Shown one piece after another: positions 56,183 to 64,000 of a stretch of DNA of 64,000 nucleotides. A program made the translations under genes and the position numbers. The stretch comes from the human T2T-CHM13v2.0 reference genome, Homo sapiens: the NCBI RefSeq assembly GCF_009914755.1, contig NC_060938.1, one strand, 5' to 3'. Numbering within the stretch: position 1 is the stretch's first letter; every line of letters begins with the position of its first letter. The notes below the pieces were generated by a model. That model was not told the DNA's origin and ran no database searches. It saw only the letters and a list, made by a program, of their open reading frames with translations.

Positions 56183-56689
56183 CTAGCACTTGTCATTTTT
56201 CTCCTGGCACTATTGTCATTTCTCCCCATGTATGTAAGGCCCTTCCAGAGATGCAGAGGCCACAGCTTTTGAGGCCTGAACCATTAGCAAGAAATGAAGA
56301 AATGCAAAAGCAAGAGAGAGCATGGTCACAGAAAAACAAAAACCCAAGCTGCTCTAGCCTTGGGCTGTGCAGTGCACTGGTCATAAAGGGAAATCTGGCT
56401 TTTGTGTAATGCCACAGCTTATACGGAGCAAGGAGAGGCCAATCCAACAGCAGAAAATTAGGAAGGGTCTGAATTGGAGGCCCCTTTTGAGCCCTTGCCA
56501 AATAGCTCTTCCTGTTGTCCCCTGTGGTTATCCCAACCTGCCTTATTTCCACTCTCAGACTGACAAGAGCCAAGTGAGCAGAGGGCAGTGGGTAGGGGGT
56601 GCTCTCTGGTTTGCAGCTCGAGGTGAAGGCTTGGATCTGTGACTTATTACCTGGGAGAGCTTGGACTAGTCATTTAATGACACTTCTAC

Positions 56690-57170
56690 TACTCTGGTGG
56701 AGGCTGATCATTGTCCACTTACGTCCCTTCTGGCTCCCACAGTAACGGCATTCTCACTGGGCACATACTGCCCAAACATTTCCCAGACTTCCTTGTTTAG
56801 GTGTGGTCATGTGACTAAGTTTCCATCAATGGAATACAAGGAGAAGTGACGCTGGCCATCTCCAGGTCTACGACTTGTGACATTGAGCACGCCTCCTCCA
56901 TGCTCTCCTCCCACTTCCTGTTAGCTGCAGCCCAGGTGTGGTGGTGAATCAGCTTTGACCACAGGAATGACGATAATGCTCCAGGGGATGGCAGAGCCAC
57001 AAGGTGGAAGAAACCTGGGTCCCTAAGTGATGATGAGAAGCAGAGCTGCCTTCCACACCTGGACTGCTCTATAAGACTATTGCATACAAAAAAGAAATTG
57101 CTTTGTTCTTCAAGTCACTCCAGTGCTGGGTTTCTTTGACAGGGTATGTTAGCCTTTTCTAACTCGTATG
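56690..57170 (+). mobile_element. Old MLT1 LTR
   Basis: catttcccagacttccttg...ggtcatgtgactaagtt...gatggcagagccacaaggtggaagaaacctgggtccct. Confidence 0.8.
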
Positions 57171-57302
57171 TTCCTACAGGGTTATGGTGTGGTAAGATAG
57201 AGAATTGTAAAGAGCTATACAGTTAGGTGCTCCATAAATGCTTTCTGAATGAGTGGTGAGTGAAGGGACTGGTTATTTCCATGTTTAAATTCCGAGAATC
57301 TG

Positions 57303-57403
57303 CTGGGCATGGTTGCTCATGCCTGTAATCCCAGCTACTCAAGAGATGGAGGCGAGATGATTGCTTAAGCCCAAGAGTTTGAGACCAGCCTGAGCAAAAA
57401 TAG
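57303..57403 (+). mobile_element. FLAM-like Alu monomer
   Basis: Single monomer flanked by near-identical taaat(t/c)cc(g/a)agaatctg TSD. Confidence 0.8.
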
Positions 57404-57939
57404 TAAATCCCAAGAATCTGAGAAGCAGCCTTACAACATATGTAGCAGCTACACATGGTGACTGCAGGGAACCCCAGGCCTTGTCTGTTTAAGCACTTTC
57501 CCCCTTGGCTGGACGTTCCTACCATGAGTCAGTGACCATGAGATGACCCACGCAGGAGACAGCTGTGGCACACAGCCTTCTGTCTCTACAGGAACTAACT
57601 TATCCCACAAGCTAATCAGCTTGCCTGTCAGGGTGAGCATCTGTGGCATGGGGTAGTAGGTGGAGGGTGTTTAAAGGGCAGAAGACTGGGTTCAAATCCA
57701 GCTGTGTCTCTGACTCCTCATGCAAATTGGAGCAGGCCACTTAATTGTGAAGGACCTTGGCTTCCTGAGTGTCTGTAAAATGGGGATGCTAATTCTGGCT
57801 CTGCCTATTCCCTAGGGCTATGAGACACGCTCAAGAGATCCAACAATGGTGAAAACACTGCATATGACAGATGCCAATGGGAGAAACATGACAAGTCAAG
57901 TCACATTTGCTGAGTGTGGGCTGGGTGTGCTTGTCTCTT

Positions 57940-59150
57940 TCTTCCATGAATATTTATTGAGCACCTACTAAGTCACATAGTGAGCATGGTAGTTCCTGTC
58001 CTCACAGAGCTTAGAGTCTGGTGGAAACTATATATTATACAAGGAAGTAGGCAATTACCATACAGCATGATGAGTTATCAATAGAAATGCAAGGCACCAT
58101 AAATATACAGAAGAGGGCTCCTAACTCAGGCTTCAGGGCTCCTGGAATGCTTTTCAGAGGAAATGATCTCTCCTCCAAGATAGGAAGCAAAGGAAGAGTT
58201 ATCCAGGTTAAGGGGGCTTTGGAGGTGGGAAGCATGTTCTAGGCAAATGAGATAAGGGTCACCCTTGAAGAACAAGAAAGAGCCACAAAGAGGCTTAGAA
58301 TGGCTAGAACTTGGAGTTGAAGGAGGGGAATGATGACAGATTGGGCTGGAGGGGCCAGAAGGGTCTGGAGCGGGGGTTCTCCACCCCGGCTGCAGCTTGG
58401 AGAAAATACTGATGCTCAAGTCACCTCCACCTCTGGTGGTTGAGAAGTTCCCCAGGTGATTCAAATGTGCAGCCAGTGTTGGAAGTACTGCTTAGACCAT
58501 GCGGGATCTTAAAAGCCAAGTGAAAGAGATGGAAGTTTATCCAGAAAGCCTCTGATGGTTTTATGGAAGGAAGGGTTGTAATCAGATTTTTCTTTCTCCA
58601 GATGCTGGGTGAAGAAGGGAATGAGACAGAAAGACTAGGCTTAGAGAAGCTGGTTAAGGAGGCTGCTGCAGTGATCCAGGTGGGAAATGGACCCAGAGCT
58701 GTCAACAGGGATGGCAAGAAGTGGACAGATCTGAGGCCTGGTTGATGATGGGCTGCGAGGAAAGATGTGGGAGATGTGGGGAGACAAAGGTCATTCCTTG
58801 AACATGCAGGTTGAAATAACCAAGAAGTTTCCAGCTAGAGAAACAGACTTGTGAGTCAGCAGCAGAGAGAACCAATGCACTCTCCCAGGAAGAGGGGTAA
58901 ATGGTGAGAAGAAAAGAGGGACTGGAACGGAACCCCAGAGGACCAGGGAGAGCTGCGCCCCAAAGGGACCAAGAAGAGCTGGTCAGAGAAGGAAGAGAAA
59001 GACCAGAAGCGCACATTGTCAAGAACGTAAAGAATGGTGGCTAGTAAGAGTCAACATGTGTAAGAGGGTCAAATTCTGGGAGATGTATTCACAGGCCACT
59101 GGTAACCTTGGCAGGGAAGATGGGGTCAGTGCCTGGGGCGGGGCTGAAGT
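57940..59150. mobile_element. L2 remnant with nested MER5A (~58375-58490)
   Basis: aatatttattgagcacctacta...ggaggctgctgcagtgatccaggtggga L2 3' pattern. Confidence 0.65.
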
Positions 59151-59226
59151 GGTGGTAAGAGCAGATACCATCTAACAGGGGCAACTATTCTTTATCTATT
59201 TGTTTGCTCATTCAGTAAATACTTTA

Positions 59227-60120
<894 letters not shown>

Positions 60121-60127
60121 CTTGGCC

Positions 60128-60332
60128 CAGTGCTCCTCAAAGTGTGGCCCCTGGACCAGCAGCCATCAGCTTCACTTGGGAACTTGTTGGAAATGTACAT
60201 TCTCAGGCCCTACTCTGAATCTGAATTTACTGAAGCAGAAACTCTGTGGGGTTGGGGAGGGGGCGGTCCAGCAACCTGAGTTTTAACAAACTCCAGGGGA
60301 TTCCGAAGCATGTTGAAGTTTGAGAACCGCTG
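60128..60332. mobile_element. MER5A
   Basis: cagtgctcctcaaagtgtggcccctggaccagcagc...aagtttgagaaccgctg. Confidence 0.85.
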
Positions 60333-62299
60333 CCTATCCAGGGCTGATGGATAGTCATCTTCAAGGCAAAGTGGAAGTTACAAGTCATGGAGGTCATTCT
60401 AGCAAAGAAAACTTTTTAAAATGAAGTAAGATACAAATTAAATGGTGAGGCTCATCATGTCACAGGAAGGGATTGTTAAGGAAAAATACCATGGTACCCA
60501 CCTCCCCTGGGCTGAGACTGCTGAACAAAATGGCCTAAACTCTGGCCATGTAGACAGTTCCCTGCAGTGTCATATCAGAAGACACAATTGCAGAGGAGAT
60601 ATTCCGAATCCAAAGGCACTGAAGCCAGGACCAGGATAAACCCGGCAACGCATTTTCGCTTTGTCCCACGGCCTTTGCTGGTTTACAAAATGCTCCTGAA
60701 TGCTTTGAATCCCAAAGGTACAGAAAACCCAATTCTCTCTTCTGCAGAATGAGTCATTAGAGCTGGAGCTGAGGCTATTTGGTAATGGGCACTATTTAAA
60801 TAAAGTGAAAAGTACAATTTCAAATGAATTGCTTTTTAAACTGTCAAATAAAAGGAATCCATTTGTGCATGAGAAATTATTCCAAGGGTTCTAACTATTA
60901 ACTGAAAGCAGGTGAAAAATGTCAAAGAAAACGTCCTACTAAAGAGCTGACTAAATGTCTAAAGACAGACACCTAATGACTCCTTTGACCTGTTTTGGAT
61001 TCAAAAACATGTATTTTCACCAGCCCCAGGTGAGCTCCGTGGACAAAAGTTTTAAGAAAATATTAAATGCTAGTAGCAAGATGCCATTTTGTCCATCGGC
61101 ATTGCCTTAACCAATGTGACCCTGACACTGTTTTAGGGACAGGACAACAGCATATTATCACTGTAACTTTTTCCTTTGGCTTAAATTTGATGCCAAGGGC
61201 CCTTGGCTAGCTCTCTAAGTGTCATATTTAACAATGTTTTATAGTCTTCTATTTGAATGCATCCTTGTACAGTCTAGTCAATGTTTGCAGAAGAAAATTC
61301 TGCAAACGTATGAAAAGTGTCTTTTCTGTCACAGGCAGGCATGCTTGGTTGAGGTCACCAGTACGGAGAGTGAGCCTCAGTGTTAAGGCATCTCTGCAGA
61401 CAAAAACAGAACCCTGGCCTTTTCCATTTCATTTCCTCTAGGGGTTTCCACTGCAATTAGTTTTGTGTTCATGCCTTCACTCTCTTTGTTGGTATTGAAA
61501 CAGAGCTGCTGAAAATAATCAGTGAGGTTTCTCCCTTCCTGGCCCTCTGGCACCTCTAACCTGTGTCACTATTCCAGGCTAACACAAGCAAAATGATCCC
61601 TGCTTACTCAGTCCAGAGGGAACCGTGTGGGTGGTGACTGGCTAGAGGCATTGGAGCGGGCTTGAAAAGGGAGCACTTCTCACACGTGAAGGTGCACACA
61701 AATTTCCAAGGGATCTCGTTAAAAATGTACATTCTGACTCAGTAGGTCTGGGGTGGAATCTTAAGAGTCTGTGTGTCGCATAAGCTCTTAGGCAATTCTC
61801 ATGCTGCTGAGGACCACACGGTAGTGTAGTGAGCTGTGAGGGAACAACGCACATTCTGCACAACAGTGACTTTCAGGACCCTCCTTAATGGGGCATTTAT
61901 CTAAGGGCCTTGCTCCCTTTTGATTTAGAGTTCCTTGAAAGCAGAGACTGGGTCTCATACATTTGTTATTGTTTTGTTCTCCGGTTGGCACAGGGCCTGC
62001 ACACGGTGGGTATGTATTTATTTAATTAAAGAGTTGGCCTGTTCCAAGAAGGATTTTAACCCCTAGCGGCACTGAACAGGTGGCGATGAATTGGCCGGGA
62101 AGGAAGTCGGTCCTAGGGGTAGTCACAGACCCCCTGGGCTGGGGTCCCCTCCACCTGCCTGCACCTGTATCACCCCTCAGCTGCTGTTCTGAAATTTTCC
62201 CTCCTGCCCCATTTTTAAAGCGGTTTACACCAGAGAGCCGACCAGAAAGGAGAGATACAAAACCAAACCAGAAAGCCCTGGGAAGCGGTAGGCTTAGGA

Positions 62300-64000
62300 A
62301 CATGGAAAGCTCAACCGTCGGTTGTGGGGCCCGCAGATCTCTCTGGTTCCCCTCTCTGCCCCGTCTCCAGCTTTTTTGCAGGTCGGTGTCGCGGCCTCGC
62401 AGATCCCCAACAGCCCCGAGAGCCCTGAAGGAGCTGGTCCCAGCGGGTCCAAGCTCGTGTTGGCTTGGTGCAAGCCTGTTTGTTAGCTCTGCACGACCAA
62501 TTAATTTTCTCCTGCATCTTCCCCCCGTGGTGGGTGGCGGGGTGGGGAGGGGGTGTGTGGCGGGGCCTCGGGTCGGCTCGGGGGTCGGAGAGCCCGGACA
62601 GGAGCGGCTACACTGCAGAAACCCTTTTTCTAAGAGTCCCCAGCGGTGCCATAACCTGTTTCTCTCTGCAGCAGCCTCAGAGGGTAAAGGAAGGGCTCGT
62701 TGCAGCTCCATATGGAAGAAAGGAGAGAAAAAGGGAGAAGGAAGGGGATTATATTGGTCAGTAGAGGTCCAACTACTGAAGAGAAGAGTGCACGGGGGAG
62801 TGCGCCCTACGGGACGAGTACACGTGCTGGGAAGGGCGGGGGGTGAGAGGCGGGCAGGAGGGGAGGAGTAGGGAGGCGAGAGCAGCGGGCGGGAGGCGCC
62901 ACGGCCTCTCAGACGCTGGCGCCCGCAGCCGAGAAGCCAGAGAGAAAGTGTCCGGGGAGAGCTCGCCCCTGGGAGGGCCGACGTCGAGCCTGCTCGCCGC
63001 GAGGGTCTCAGGTACCGCGCGTCCAGCCAGCCTTCCCGCGGCGCGCACTCGGCCGCCCGGGCTCGGCTCGTCGGGAAGCAGGGGAACATCGCCGGCTGGC
63101 AGCCGGGGCGGCCGCCGCCAAACTTGGAGGAGGAGGATGCTGCGAGTGGGCGCGGCGGCGCGGGGCGCGGGGGCGCACTGAGTGCTCCCTACGGCGCTGC
63201 TGCCAGGGCTGTGGCCGGGCGAGCCGGCCGAAGCGGAGCGGGCAGGTAGCGGCTCTAGCGCCGGGACTGCGCCAGCCCTGCGAGCCCGGGCCGCCAGCGC
63301 CACCGTGCCGGCGTCGCCTCCTCGCCACGGAGCCATGGTGCGCGCAGCGCGCACGCGGCGCGCGGGACTCTGAGCTCCGGCCGCGTCGCGCGTCCCCACC
63401 TTCCCAAGGGGCTCCCCCGCCGACCTCGCCCTCGGGCCATGAGGCTTTGGCCCGGAGCTCCTCGCCTCTGAGTCGCGCGCCGCCTGCTCCAGCCCCAGCG
63501 CCGCTCGGCCACTGATTGCACTCTGGCCGCTGAAGCTCCCCATCCTCTCCCAGAGACGGCACCCAGGCGCTCCGGGATGGCGCTCCGCGGGACCCTCCGG
63601 CCGCTCAAAGTTCGCAGGAGGCGAGAGATGCTGCCGCAGCAAGTCGGCTTCGTGTGCGCGGTGCTGGCCCTGGTGTGCTGTGCGTCCGGCCTCTTCGGCA
63701 GCTTGGGTGGGTGCTGGTACGGGTCCCCTCTTCCTGGGGAGTTGGGGGCTTTGGCTGGGGAGTCTCGGGGCGGCTGCGAGATGTTTTCCCCTCCTTCCTC
63801 ATCAGGTTGGTCCCAAGGGTTCATCCAGTCCCCTCCCCGCCGGGCAGGTAGAGCGCGCCCAGAAGAGCTGATGGACGCTCTGGGCTGTGGCGCCGGTTCC
63901 CCTGAGCTACGAGCTGCCCCTGGGGGGGCTCAGGACGCGGCTGCAGGTGTGTGTTACTAAGACGAAAGCAAGAACCGCTTCCGTCCCGGGAGTGCGCCCG
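62300..64000. promoter_or_regulatory. SLC24A4: CpG island / promoter and 5' UTR of SLC24A4
   Basis: Abrupt rise in GC content and CpG density (densest 62870-63700), GC-box-like GGGCGG, surrounds the first coding exon. Exact TSS cannot be read from sequence. Confidence 0.92.
63577..63706 (+). CDS. SLC24A4: First coding exon of Na+/K+/Ca2+ exchanger 4 (NCKX4), N-terminal signal region; ends at a phase-1 splice donor
   Basis: Translation MALRGTLRPLKVRRRREMLPQQVGFVCAVLALVCCASGLFGSLG matches the NCKX4 N-terminus I recall; strong Kozak (gggATGg); donor TTGG|GTGGGT at 63707, after which the ORF-track protein leaves the known sequence; second in-frame ATG at 63628 (MLPQQ). Confidence 0.96.

Noticed and set aside
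58428-58440. CTCF-like motifs (also near 3516, 3980 and 23560)
   Set aside because: At best 10/12 core matches; cannot be separated from background by eye.
62022-63824. Long overlapping ORFs (355, 289, 263, 189, 184 aa) in the CpG island
   Set aside because: Stop-codon scarcity in GC-rich DNA; low-complexity Ala/Arg/Gly/Pro translations.
63707-63960. Continuation of the SLC24A4 ORF to 127 aa
   Set aside because: Intron read-through past the GT donor; leaves the known NCKX4 sequence.

Overview
Human genomic DNA (about 25 Alus plus L1M, MaLR/ERVL LTRs, hAT MER elements and MIR/L2 relics). It covers about 62 kb upstream of SLC24A4 (NCKX4, chr14q32.12) and ends in that gene's CpG-island promoter and first coding exon (ATG 63577, GT donor 63707). 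No other protein-coding exon is supported. A decayed U6 snRNA retrocopy lies at about 5455-5558. The flanks of the pigmentation GWAS/HIrisPlex SNP rs12896399 are recognisable at 47059 (T allele here), inside an MLT1 LTR. I see no new gene system. The most interesting unexplained signals are: (i) a ~240-bp, ~90% identical inverted duplication at 14.0/15.1 kb that matches no repeat I recognise, with one arm bracketed by a perfect 16-bp inverted repeat; (ii) several other local template-switch footprints; (iii) a cluster of palindromic EBF/E-box/NFAT-dimer sites plus a canonical RFX X-box about 13 kb upstream of SLC24A4; (iv) a PBX-HOX/MEIS motif cluster at about 16 kb; (v) MLT1-borne MITF-type E-boxes around the SNP; (vi) three short uORFs before the SLC24A4 ATG. 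Repeat boundaries and subfamilies were judged by eye and are approximate.
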